Shown one piece after another: positions 44,525 through 55,615 of a stretch of 64,000 bases of DNA (position 1 is the stretch's first letter; the number at the start of each line of letters is the position of its first letter). Below the pieces are notes generated by a model. It was given only the letters and a program-made list of their open reading frames with translations, ran no database searches and had not been told where the DNA came from. The position numbers were made by a program, and so were the translations under genes. This DNA comes from Amoebophrya sp. A120 (lineage: Eukaryota; Protista; Dinoflagellata), in assembly GCA_905178155.1 (NCBI GenBank), contig CAJINV010000002.1, forward strand, positions 10,396,146 through 10,460,145, in the 5' to 3' direction.

Positions 44525-47017
44525 TCAAGGCTTAATCTTCTGTGCGCGCGCTGCGGATTCCGCACCGGGTAGGGCTGAAGGACGGCAACTGAGCTTGCTA
44601 CTCGAAGTCGCCAAAACTGCGGGCGCGGAGCCGCCTCGAGCAAACACGGAGGGTGCCTGCAGTCGCGATTTTATTGAAGAAGACACCGCGGCTGAAGACG
44701 AGGAGGGGCCACTACCTCCTGACGCCTGCACGACAGCAACATTGGACGCTGATGCACCCGTACCACTACCGGCTTTTTCATCATCTGCGCCCTTCTTTTC
44801 GATTTCCTCGCAAAGCAGCTCCAGTTCGGCCATCTGAAACTCGTCCAACAGGTCCTGTTCTTCGACGTTTTCGCAAACGGGTGCAGTGTCTTCTAGAATG
44901 GTCTCTTCATGTACCGTCGTCAACGGCTGTCTTTCTTCGGAAGTTGGTTCTTTGCCGTGGGAAACGAGCACAAGGTGATCAACTTTTTGCTCGTTTTGTT
45001 TGTGCAGTTCTTTTGATGCTTCCTCCTCACTTCGATTCATCTTCTGGTTGTTATTTTCGACGCCCTTTCCTTCAGCCTTTATTTCAGCATCTTCATCTTC
45101 ATCGCCGTCTTTTGCTTTGTTTTCTCTTCGGTACTTCTCGCGCAGTTCTTTCTTTCTATCTTCCCACACATCCATGCTTTCGTGTTCCTTCAAGATACCC
45201 ATCTGCACGAGCGTGTTTCGCCGTGGACGCCACGGACCCTTGGCGGGGCGGCACACCCCGCACCAGCAGTAGTTCTTCAGCTGTTCTTCTTTTTCGAGCT
45301 TCTTCCGCCGCCGGGCCAGCTCGGCGTGGATCTGCTCGATGCTGCACTTCTTGTACGCGCGGTCCAGCCGGGCGTACAGCGCGTTCATCTTTTCCTGCTT
45401 CTTCTTATCCACCACGTACCCCTGTCGCTCTTCTGGCACCACCAGGGAAACCCGCGGCTTGCCCTGCTTGTGCTGGATGCGGTCGAGCACCCCGAGACTC
45501 TGTCGCTCTTGCTCCGTCATCTCCCCCCAGGGCTTTTCGAAGGGTTTCAGCTCGAGTTCCGGCGACGCTGCGTTCGATTTGGCCTTCTTTCCCTTTCCTT
45601 TGGGGTTCGCGGCCGAAGACCGGCGTTGCCGCTTGGGTTTCGGGTTCGGCGACAGCGACGAGGCTTTGGTGCGCGAACGATCCGCGGGTTGGGGCGGCCG
45701 CTTCATGGACTGCTGGTCCTGCTCCGCGACCTGTTGAGCTTTTAGTTGCGGGGACGACTTCAACAGCAAAGATGGGCTCTCACTTTGTTTGATTCCTCCC
45801 TGCACTGCTGCGGGAGCGGAAGCAGCGATGGGCAGGAAAGGGAGTTTTGGTGCCTCGTCCTCGGAAGAAACGAGGTAGGGGGCGAGCATCAGGCCGTGAT
45901 CCGATTTATCCGGGGAAGCAGGAGCACTGGCGTCGAGCTGAACTCCGGCTCCTGCACTGTTCTGGTTTGTTTCTTTCTGTTGGTCAGATGACCCTGCAGA
46001 TTTGCGGATGACAACGTTATCCGCAGCAGCATGTTTTTGCGCATCGGCGTCCTCGGTAGTGGCAGGAAAAAGCGGTACGGCTAGCGGTGAGAGAGAAAGC
46101 CTTTGCTTGACCATTTCCTCGAGGCCTGAAGACAATCGGGCGAGGAACTCTTTGTGATTCAGGGACCGCAGATCTTCCTGTCGTGGTGGTCCGACGGAGG
46201 CTTTCTTCTCATCGTCGATGCCCGCCCTAGCCGGGTGTCCACCTTTTTCAGGATCATTTCTGTAACTAGCACCGGCAGACGAAGAGCCCGCGAATGCTTC
46301 CTGATCCTGCCTACCGCTAGAGATCAGCAAATCACTTGCCGTTGCCAGAATCGGCGTTGGTGCTGGTGTAGGCGGTCTCCTCCCGCCGGTGTCGGGTGAG
46401 GACAGCTTTGTCTTCTTCGACAGCTGCGAGCTCTTGGTCCCCGCACCGAGCGACGGCGACCGCAGTGTGCCATTCGTCTGCTTGGCTCTCGTGTTTCGTG
46501 GTCCAGAGGTTGTACCAGCAACCACTGCTGCTGCAACTCCGGTCCTCACTACTTTTGCAGCTCGCTGTGGCGAACTACTCCCAGGAGAACGAGAAGGATT
46601 GGAAGCTGCTTTCGCCGATTGCGATTTTGACGCGTTGGACGAACCCTTGGCCGCTTGAAAAATTGCAGACGCACTGGCGCAGAGAGACGATTTGTCGGAC
46701 GAGACGCTTTTCTGCGGATTTCCTTTGCTAAGATTGCTGCTCTGTGCGCTAGATGGATGGGGAGGAAAGATGCCATTGCACGTGACTCCCGTGGTCGACG
46801 AGTTCCACGGCTTGTCGTGCTTCACAACCTTGTTGAATCTCTTCACTGATGAGGACGGGGAGGGCTTCTTCGAACCTGCTCCATGACTACCACCAGCTTG
46901 TTTTTCTGCACGGCCTGCGACTTGCTGAATCTTTCCGGGCGAACTAGATCGCTTGACCGCCTGTGGTGGCTTCTTCACAGTAGTCCGCTTCGTCGTCGGG
47001 CTGTTTAGTCGTGACAT
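44525..47017 (-). CDS. Hypothetical 830-aa Ser/Lys-rich protein, copy 1
   Basis: Intronless ORF, disordered with a charged helical segment and a CWCGVC motif; identical to 49057-51549. Confidence 0.7.
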   Translation of the reverse strand: MSRLNSPTTKRTTVKKPPQAVKRSSSPGKIQQVAGRAEKQAGGSHGAGSKKPSPSSSVKRFNKVVKHDKPWNSSTTGVTCNGIFPPHPSSAQSSNLSKGNPQKSVSSDKSSLCASASAIFQAAKGSSNASKSQSAKAASNPSRSPGSSSPQRAAKVVRTGVAAAVVAGTTSGPRNTRAKQTNGTLRSPSLGAGTKSSQLSKKTKLSSPDTGGRRPPTPAPTPILATASDLLISSGRQDQEAFAGSSSAGASYRNDPEKGGHPARAGIDDEKKASVGPPRQEDLRSLNHKEFLARLSSGLEEMVKQRLSLSPLAVPLFPATTEDADAQKHAAADNVVIRKSAGSSDQQKETNQNSAGAGVQLDASAPASPDKSDHGLMLAPYLVSSEDEAPKLPFLPIAASAPAAVQGGIKQSESPSLLLKSSPQLKAQQVAEQDQQSMKRPPQPADRSRTKASSLSPNPKPKRQRRSSAANPKGKGKKAKSNAASPELELKPFEKPWGEMTEQERQSLGVLDRIQHKQGKPRVSLVVPEERQGYVVDKKKQEKMNALYARLDRAYKKCSIEQIHAELARRRKKLEKEEQLKNYCWCGVCRPAKGPWRPRRNTLVQMGILKEHESMDVWEDRKKELREKYRRENKAKDGDEDEDAEIKAEGKGVENNNQKMNRSEEEASKELHKQNEQKVDHLVLVSHGKEPTSEERQPLTTVHEETILEDTAPVCENVEEQDLLDEFQMAELELLCEEIEKKGADDEKAGSGTGASASNVAVVQASGGSGPSSSSAAVSSSIKSRLQAPSVFARGGSAPAVLATSSSKLSCRPSALPGAESAARAQKIKP

Positions 47018-47031
47018 CTTGCTCGGAAAAA

Positions 47032-48162
47032 TCAGATGATTTTCAACAAAGGCAGCGTATCCCAGGTGCGGTTTGGAAGATCGGTCGATAACGGCTTCGG
47101 GCCCGCAATCACTCCGAAGGGAACGCGCATCGCGGATGGTGCTTTGACGGCACTCGACGGTGCAGGAACTTGAACCGATGTTGACCCACCGCCTCGCGGA
47201 GAGGGCGCAACTACCGAAGCCGGTGACTTCTGCTTCGCGACTGAGGTTGTTGTTTGAGCCGGTTTGTGGCTGGACGTCGCGGCCGGTATTTGGATCGTCG
47301 GCGTGGGAATATTGCCAAAATCTGTTTTCAAATTCAACGCCGTGCCCGGAATCATCGCAGGCACGGACGAAGACGTTTGCAGAATGGTTTTCGGGACCGT
47401 GGGCGTGTAGTAAGTCAGCTTCGTGTTCACCTGGGGCGTCGATAGGACCTTCCCACCACCCGGCACCTGCAAAAATTGCTTCGGTGGCGGGTTGATCGTA
47501 CCATTCGTCGTTGAAGTTGAATTCGGAGCAGGCTTTTTTTCAGGCTCCTTCTTATTTGCACTACCCCCAGCAGCTGTAGTAGATTTCTTTCCGGAAGAAG
47601 GCGCCTCTGGCAGCGTGGTCGTGCTGTGTCTTGGCGTTGGATGCTGCACGAGCGTCGGCGTGCCGCCTGTCACACTGGGCGACCGCGCGGCAGAGACCGA
47701 ACGTGAGACAGCGGGACTGACACTTGTAAACTTTCCCATCGTGCTGGGGTCGAATCGGAGGAGACGAGGTGTCGTGGACCGACTTGCCGCGTGAATCGGC
47801 GGCCCTGTCGTGAGCAGGCTTCGTGGCATGGGTGAGCTCCCGCGATCCAAAACCTTGTTCTGCGACCCTGGTGCGACAGTCGCACTACCACTGACTGCAG
47901 TCGTGGGACGAGGTCCAGTCGTGACAACGCGCGTTGAAGTCACGATCCTGCTGCTGCTGCTAGTCGCGCCACCTTGCAAGTTGATTTTGCCGCTTCCAGC
48001 TGGCTGCGTATTGAACAAAATCGGGGCTGGGACCCGTGTTGCGGGAAGCGAAAACCGACGTGCTTGCTGCGAGAGAGTCGTAGAAGAGGTGGATCCTGTG
48101 CTGGGCTGAGAAACGCCCTTTGCACCACCTCCCGTTTGACTTGCTTGCCTGGTCGAGGACAT
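47032..48162 (-). pseudogene. 3'-truncated duplicate (376 aa) of the 1001-aa ORF
   Basis: Identical to the N-terminus of 40625-43630 up to …WDTLPL, then reads across the duplication junction into LKII-stop. Confidence 0.8.
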
Positions 48163-49056
48163 CTTCGCGTGGCGGTGTCTTTGCCTAGAGCTAGAACTGT
48201 TTCTGGATCTTGATGTTGAAAACTCTTCGTCGTCTCTGAGTTGGATTTATCATCCGTGTAGTACACGTACGAGCATGCTACTAATGCCGGTAATGCGTTT
48301 CGGTCGTTTATTTGCATGCGAATGCGCGATTTGCGATTTTCGGGCACGATCACCTGAAACGAGTCGACACACGACATGGCCGGATCTCTCTCCACCATGC
48401 CGAACTACTAACCTCATACACTCGTCAACATGCGACAAACGAAGTGCGAAGCGGTGCATTATCTCCTGCCACCAGCGAACTACGAAGCGATGTCGATTGG
48501 GATTGGAATGAAATGCGAAAAAAAAACTACCACGAAGCAACCGGAGCGAAGGTGGGTCAGCAGGAGCAGCGCCTTGGATCTATTACAAGCCAAGTGTCAC
48601 CAGCACGCGGTGAAGTGGTGCGCAAAAGCCAAGGGAGAGATCTGTGCCCGTCGCCAAGAGCCAGCAATTTTGGTACAGTGTCAAAGAAGTTGGTGCATTT
48701 GTTCGTCTCAAAAGCCACAATGAATGATTCAAGTAGAACGACATCATCATCGGCAATCATGTGTTATGTGATCAAAACACAAACAACATTACATCAGAAA
48801 CAGAATAGTAGTTCGAGAAATAGCCTCAAAAGTTGTGATCGGACTGACTTAAGCGTCGTTATCTCCCCCAGGTGGACGACCACGCGACCAGGTGAAGTCA
48901 ACGCTTGCGTCGTAGCGCTGAAGCTGACTCAGCACCAGCTCATCAGATTTGCTGCTTTTATTTAGGTAGTTTTAGTACCAAAGCAGGGAAGCTAGAAAGA
49001 GCAGCGGAAAATGTAAAATAAATGTCACTTCGACTTCTGTATTAGTATCTATTTAC

Positions 49057-51549
49057 TCAAGGCTTAATCTTCTGTGCGCGCGCTGCGGATTCCGCACCGG
49101 GTAGGGCTGAAGGACGGCAACTGAGCTTGCTACTCGAAGTCGCCAAAACTGCGGGCGCGGAGCCGCCTCGAGCAAACACGGAGGGTGCCTGCAGTCGCGA
49201 TTTTATTGAAGAAGACACCGCGGCTGAAGACGAGGAGGGGCCACTACCTCCTGACGCCTGCACGACAGCAACATTGGACGCTGATGCACCCGTACCACTA
49301 CCGGCTTTTTCATCATCTGCGCCCTTCTTTTCGATTTCCTCGCAAAGCAGCTCCAGTTCGGCCATCTGAAACTCGTCCAACAGGTCCTGTTCTTCGACGT
49401 TTTCGCAAACGGGTGCAGTGTCTTCTAGAATGGTCTCTTCATGTACCGTCGTCAACGGCTGTCTTTCTTCGGAAGTTGGTTCTTTGCCGTGGGAAACGAG
49501 CACAAGGTGATCAACTTTTTGCTCGTTTTGTTTGTGCAGTTCTTTTGATGCTTCCTCCTCACTTCGATTCATCTTCTGGTTGTTATTTTCGACGCCCTTT
49601 CCTTCAGCCTTTATTTCAGCATCTTCATCTTCATCGCCGTCTTTTGCTTTGTTTTCTCTTCGGTACTTCTCGCGCAGTTCTTTCTTTCTATCTTCCCACA
49701 CATCCATGCTTTCGTGTTCCTTCAAGATACCCATCTGCACGAGCGTGTTTCGCCGTGGACGCCACGGACCCTTGGCGGGGCGGCACACCCCGCACCAGCA
49801 GTAGTTCTTCAGCTGTTCTTCTTTTTCGAGCTTCTTCCGCCGCCGGGCCAGCTCGGCGTGGATCTGCTCGATGCTGCACTTCTTGTACGCGCGGTCCAGC
49901 CGGGCGTACAGCGCGTTCATCTTTTCCTGCTTCTTCTTATCCACCACGTACCCCTGTCGCTCTTCTGGCACCACCAGGGAAACCCGCGGCTTGCCCTGCT
50001 TGTGCTGGATGCGGTCGAGCACCCCGAGACTCTGTCGCTCTTGCTCCGTCATCTCCCCCCAGGGCTTTTCGAAGGGTTTCAGCTCGAGTTCCGGCGACGC
50101 TGCGTTCGATTTGGCCTTCTTTCCCTTTCCTTTGGGGTTCGCGGCCGAAGACCGGCGTTGCCGCTTGGGTTTCGGGTTCGGCGACAGCGACGAGGCTTTG
50201 GTGCGCGAACGATCCGCGGGTTGGGGCGGCCGCTTCATGGACTGCTGGTCCTGCTCCGCGACCTGTTGAGCTTTTAGTTGCGGGGACGACTTCAACAGCA
50301 AAGATGGGCTCTCACTTTGTTTGATTCCTCCCTGCACTGCTGCGGGAGCGGAAGCAGCGATGGGCAGGAAAGGGAGTTTTGGTGCCTCGTCCTCGGAAGA
50401 AACGAGGTAGGGGGCGAGCATCAGGCCGTGATCCGATTTATCCGGGGAAGCAGGAGCACTGGCGTCGAGCTGAACTCCGGCTCCTGCACTGTTCTGGTTT
50501 GTTTCTTTCTGTTGGTCAGATGACCCTGCAGATTTGCGGATGACAACGTTATCCGCAGCAGCATGTTTTTGCGCATCGGCGTCCTCGGTAGTGGCAGGAA
50601 AAAGCGGTACGGCTAGCGGTGAGAGAGAAAGCCTTTGCTTGACCATTTCCTCGAGGCCTGAAGACAATCGGGCGAGGAACTCTTTGTGATTCAGGGACCG
50701 CAGATCTTCCTGTCGTGGTGGTCCGACGGAGGCTTTCTTCTCATCGTCGATGCCCGCCCTAGCCGGGTGTCCACCTTTTTCAGGATCATTTCTGTAACTA
50801 GCACCGGCAGACGAAGAGCCCGCGAATGCTTCCTGATCCTGCCTACCGCTAGAGATCAGCAAATCACTTGCCGTTGCCAGAATCGGCGTTGGTGCTGGTG
50901 TAGGCGGTCTCCTCCCGCCGGTGTCGGGTGAGGACAGCTTTGTCTTCTTCGACAGCTGCGAGCTCTTGGTCCCCGCACCGAGCGACGGCGACCGCAGTGT
51001 GCCATTCGTCTGCTTGGCTCTCGTGTTTCGTGGTCCAGAGGTTGTACCAGCAACCACTGCTGCTGCAACTCCGGTCCTCACTACTTTTGCAGCTCGCTGT
51101 GGCGAACTACTCCCAGGAGAACGAGAAGGATTGGAAGCTGCTTTCGCCGATTGCGATTTTGACGCGTTGGACGAACCCTTGGCCGCTTGAAAAATTGCAG
51201 ACGCACTGGCGCAGAGAGACGATTTGTCGGACGAGACGCTTTTCTGCGGATTTCCTTTGCTAAGATTGCTGCTCTGTGCGCTAGATGGATGGGGAGGAAA
51301 GATGCCATTGCACGTGACTCCCGTGGTCGACGAGTTCCACGGCTTGTCGTGCTTCACAACCTTGTTGAATCTCTTCACTGATGAGGACGGGGAGGGCTTC
51401 TTCGAACCTGCTCCATGACTACCACCAGCTTGTTTTTCTGCACGGCCTGCGACTTGCTGAATCTTTCCGGGCGAACTAGATCGCTTGACCGCCTGTGGTG
51501 GCTTCTTCACAGTAGTCCGCTTCGTCGTCGGGCTGTTTAGTCGTGACAT
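49057..51549 (-). CDS. Hypothetical 830-aa Ser/Lys-rich protein, copy 2 (retains native upstream region)
   Basis: Identical translation to 44525-47017. Confidence 0.72.
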   Translation of the reverse strand: MSRLNSPTTKRTTVKKPPQAVKRSSSPGKIQQVAGRAEKQAGGSHGAGSKKPSPSSSVKRFNKVVKHDKPWNSSTTGVTCNGIFPPHPSSAQSSNLSKGNPQKSVSSDKSSLCASASAIFQAAKGSSNASKSQSAKAASNPSRSPGSSSPQRAAKVVRTGVAAAVVAGTTSGPRNTRAKQTNGTLRSPSLGAGTKSSQLSKKTKLSSPDTGGRRPPTPAPTPILATASDLLISSGRQDQEAFAGSSSAGASYRNDPEKGGHPARAGIDDEKKASVGPPRQEDLRSLNHKEFLARLSSGLEEMVKQRLSLSPLAVPLFPATTEDADAQKHAAADNVVIRKSAGSSDQQKETNQNSAGAGVQLDASAPASPDKSDHGLMLAPYLVSSEDEAPKLPFLPIAASAPAAVQGGIKQSESPSLLLKSSPQLKAQQVAEQDQQSMKRPPQPADRSRTKASSLSPNPKPKRQRRSSAANPKGKGKKAKSNAASPELELKPFEKPWGEMTEQERQSLGVLDRIQHKQGKPRVSLVVPEERQGYVVDKKKQEKMNALYARLDRAYKKCSIEQIHAELARRRKKLEKEEQLKNYCWCGVCRPAKGPWRPRRNTLVQMGILKEHESMDVWEDRKKELREKYRRENKAKDGDEDEDAEIKAEGKGVENNNQKMNRSEEEASKELHKQNEQKVDHLVLVSHGKEPTSEERQPLTTVHEETILEDTAPVCENVEEQDLLDEFQMAELELLCEEIEKKGADDEKAGSGTGASASNVAVVQASGGSGPSSSSAAVSSSIKSRLQAPSVFARGGSAPAVLATSSSKLSCRPSALPGAESAARAQKIKP

Positions 51550-52538
51550 CTTGCTCGGAAAAATCAGATGATTTTCAACACCTTCTTGTAGCTAACAGGA
51601 ACCACCACACTGGTGCGAAAGCTCTCAGGCCGGGGCTCTCGTCTTCGGTAGGTTCAATGAGCTGCAATGAAACGGCATATAATGCTTAGATGCCTTTGGG
51701 TCTCGGTAGTGATCTGTCGGTAGTCAACTCCATCCTCAATTGTGTCTCGACCGAAGGAATCGCTCGATGAATCATCTTCGGACTCTCCGGTCGGAGGTCT
51801 CTGAGACAGTACACTCACCCGTTCTTCCTATGGTTCTTGTGCGACGCAATGGTCTCAACCGCACGAAGTAAGCCGACAACTGAAAGAAAAAACCTCAAAC
51901 TCAGCTCATCAATCAAACTCGACCCATGGAAATTCAACACGAAACTCCTCCAGAAAACGTAAACGACACGAAGGCGACACCATCACCAGGTGACACACAT
52001 CAATCATCGATCAGAATCTACATGTCGGCCATTTTCAATGGATGTCGAGATTTTCTCGTTCATTTGAATCAATCGTCTCCATGCCAATAGAAATAGGTCT
52101 CATATGAAACGGTCGCCGCTTTTAGACTTGTCTCCAGGTACCGCTTTCCGAAAGCGGCACCCGTTATTAAATCTGTACGTGGTAGATTCGTATGTGCTAT
52201 CATTCATGAATCTTACTTTCACAACGTGTCTAAGTTACTAGAAAACGAAGAAACAGGAGGAAAGGCTGCCACATTTTACGTTTTTGGCTTTATTTCGATT
52301 CGAATTTACCAACATTGTGTCATCTGTATAGACAAAATACATCGATTTTTCAATTGTGGTCTTACTGTTATCAGCTGCTTTTTTGTATTCGTAGTCAACA
52401 TAACTGTAGAAGGTGTTTTCGAAAGGTATCTTATGTGGAAAGTGCTATAAATTTCTTGGTCAAAAATCGTGTGCATAATGAAGTCAGAAATTTTAGTTCC
52501 CCCGCACGTCTTCATCAAGACGGACCTGGGCACCCGAT

Positions 52539-53353
52539 TTAACCCTGCATCGTCATCTGTCCGAAGCCCATTCCGCTGAACAAAGAGCCGCCGTCTTGGA
52601 ACTTGGCCATCTCTTGCTGCATGGCCATTTGCATCTGCTGCTGCTTCTGCTCCATTTCAAACTGCTGCTTCTGCATTTCTTCCTCCGCCTTCTTCTGCTG
52701 GTACTCCATGGTCAGCTGCATGGACTGCTGCTCCAACGCAGCTTTCTGCTGGGCAGCCTGAACAAGGTGAAAAGATTTGTTTTGGTCCTATTTCGCTTTG
52801 CAGTGAATTATGAAGTCGCTCATCGTCATCCTGCACATCGTAATGATTGATATATGAATATTCTTTAATTTTTTTTTCCTACAAAACCCCCACAAACCTG
52901 CTGCTGCAAAGCCATCAGCTGCTCCATACGCTGCTGATCCAGCGCCATCTGTTGCTGAGTGACTTCCATGTCGATCTGCATGATGAACTGTTTCTTCTGC
53001 TGGTCCGCCTGCCCCAGCAGGTAGTCCTTCTGGTGCTTCACTTGGGCCTCCAGGACCTGGGTTCCCTGCTTAACCTGCTCGTCCAGCATTTTCATATACG
53101 AGTCCTTCTGCTTCGCGATGGTGGACGGGTCCGGCATACCTGAGCATCAACATTTAGATTTAGTTATAGTTTCTTTTGTCGCTTCAAAATCAAAAGTATG
53201 TAATTCGCATTCTCACGCATGACATTTCCGTAGGTATACTAATACTCATACATACATTCGCATGATCAAATTTCAAATCGCCACATTCTGCTTACCCGCG
53301 GTGAGCGGCTGCGGGGCCATCATAGAGCCTTGCATCATCATGACGGCGGACAT
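52539..53353 (-). CDS. Gln/Met-rich coiled-coil protein, 3 exons
   Basis: MSAVMMMQGSMMAPQPLTAG|MPDPSTIAKQKDSY…ALQQQ|AAQQKAALEQQSMQL…; GT-AG introns 53140-53295 and 52758-52897 are in frame; strong C/G third-position bias. Confidence 0.88.
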
Positions 53354-53791
53354 TTTGCGGATTAGAGGTTGTGGATAAGCTGAGAAGAGTTTGTTTAGCA
53401 AAAGGGCAAGACAGGCTACGTATTTTTGTTTGCGTTTTCATTTTTTTGCCGCGCACTTGGATTTATTTTCGCCACACAAAAGAACGGCAGGGATGTTTGG
53501 TGTTTTATTTGGCAACTTTGCGTCCTTGTGCTTTCCTTGACGTTTCTCTTCAAATTCAGGCGTTCATTTTTTGTTCTTTGCATGTTCGGCGTGCCCCGCA
53601 AAAACCACTGGAAATTTGGTTGCACGCACACCACGAACCACCACGATCTGAACACGTTTGAGACTCAAAACTCAGCGGGAGCATGCGACCTTTGCGCTGG
53701 TCGCGCCAGTACTAGCACCTTTTTTTTCACTCTATTCAACTCTGTATAATTATGCGCCACTCAAGACTGAGAAATCTAAAGTTTCATTTTG

Positions 53792-55276
53792 TCACTCCTT
53801 CATTTGCGTGCCAACCCAGTCCGCGAAATCGCTGACGAGTTTCTTCTCGTCGCCAACGTAGCCCGCGTTATTTCCTTCTTCCACTAGCGCTTTTTTCAGC
53901 TCCTCTGCCACGTAGTTTATCTTCCCAGTCTGCGTCTTGCAATTTTTCAAAATCGCGTTCACCTTCGTGACCGCGTCGGGTAAGAGACAATCGGAAAACA
54001 CGACGCCGTCCTGGATCACGCCGTTATCAACCTCCAGGTGGCACTCGAACATTCCCCACACCGCATCCGCATCTTCGCTCTTGTGCAGCCGGTGGGGTCC
54101 CATGGTGTGGGAGAATTGCGGTGTTTGGCCAAAGCGGAAGTCCCAGTCGCTCATTCTTTTCTGCACGTCCGCAAAAACAGGGTCGGCGGCCAGCATGCTT
54201 GAATCGGGGGTCAGAGTCTCTGGCTCAGTCGGAGAGTGGTTGTACCTGCGATGCAAAAAAGGCGCGGCTTCGCAAGGAGGCTGCTGCGAACACAAGAAGA
54301 AGGCAGCTAAATTTCAGTCGTTGGAAAAGAACTCGAAGATTCGATTGCTGTTAACACTAAGCCGCGAGCGGATAAAAAAATGACCACGCTATGTAAAATT
54401 CTTATGGAGTTGTAAGTACTCTTCCAGAAACACGGCTTCGAAATTCGCCATCAGCTCTTCCAGCGTCAGTGCCGGATTGATCTCCTTCAAATTGATCACC
54501 CTTGATTTCACCGACTGGATCCCCTTTGCTTGTAGTTTTTGCTTCGCGGGGGTGAGGTACCGGCCCAAAGAGGTAAAATCCGTATCGAAGAGCAACGTCC
54601 CGTGGTGCAAAAGCTTCGGTACTTGTGCTGAGTTGTTCATCGTTTTGAAGGCCGACCCGCTAATCTTGAACTCGTTCTTGTACACGATGTCGTTTCGTCC
54701 CGACCGGGCGCAATCCGGGATCCCGGACCTCTCGAGCGCCTTGATCACCAGTTTGAAGTTCTTCTCCGTAAACGCCGCAAGCGCATTCGTGGCTGGGGAA
54801 TCCGCTGTGTTTTGGTAATCCGCGGTGTTGGCGATGAGCGAGAACGTAAGACAACCTAAATCCTGCAGCACCGCGCCACCGCCCGAAACCCGTCTGACCA
54901 ATTCCACCCCATCCTTTTCCAGTTCCGCGAGCCGGCACTCGGTCCACGGGTTTTGGTGCCGCCCGATCGTGACGACGGTCTCGTTACGCCACTGGAACAG
55001 CACGTTTTTCAGGGGCTGGTTGCACAGCGACGTTTCTGCGGCAAAGTTGAAAAAAATGTTGTTCTTGCCGGATCGGTAAATTTTGGTGCTGTCAGTGGCG
55101 AAGTGCCTCGTCCTAGATGAGCAACTGGATGTAGTAGTGCTTGTTTGCCGCTGCCAAGCCTGCCGCGGCACAAGCTTCGCATGCTGCAGCGGCGCCGCTG
55201 CGAAGATCGGACCGCGCGTCCTGGCGACCGCCGCCCGTGGAGCGGCGGAGGGTGTCGAGAGAAGCACACTTGCCAT
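53792..55276 (-). CDS. lplA: Lipoate-protein ligase A with C-terminal domain and likely mitochondrial presequence, 2 exons
   Basis: VTIGRHQNPWTEC, VRRVSGGGAV, RNDI, KISGSAF, HHGTLL, KGIQSVKSRV, WDFRFGQTPQFS; GT-AG intron 54246-54419; Arg/Ala/Ser/Thr-rich N-terminus without acidic residues. Confidence 0.92.
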
Positions 55277-55615
55277 CCCGTGCACCTTGAGGAAGAATCA
55301 AAATCGCGCGGCAAGTGCAAGCACTCTTTCTGTTTCTCTTTATAGCAAAGGATGGAGCTGTTCTTCGAAAATTGTACCGACAATCGCTTCCCTTGTACCA
55401 GTGTCAAGCTACCCATAGTGCATGGGCCTAACTCGCCGGGGGAGAACAGAGAAAAGATAGACAGTGCGGTTTTCAGATCATTACTAGACGCGCACAGATC
55501 CTCCTGTCGCCGAAGTGATAGAGAAAGTGGCGGATCATGGCTACCGAATTCAAAATGTCGCTCTAGGTCTTTTCTCGCTTTTGAAATCAAGGTGAAGTAT
55601 AATTCTGCTTTAGGT

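Larger units (their letters stand above)
42515..51580. repeat. Tandem segmental duplication, 4,532-bp unit (42515-47046 and 47047-51578)
   Basis: All ORFs repeat with offset 4532 and identical translations; junction TTTTCAA-CA-AAGGCAGC has 2-bp microhomology CA (42515-16, 47047-48, 51579-80). Confidence 0.97.
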
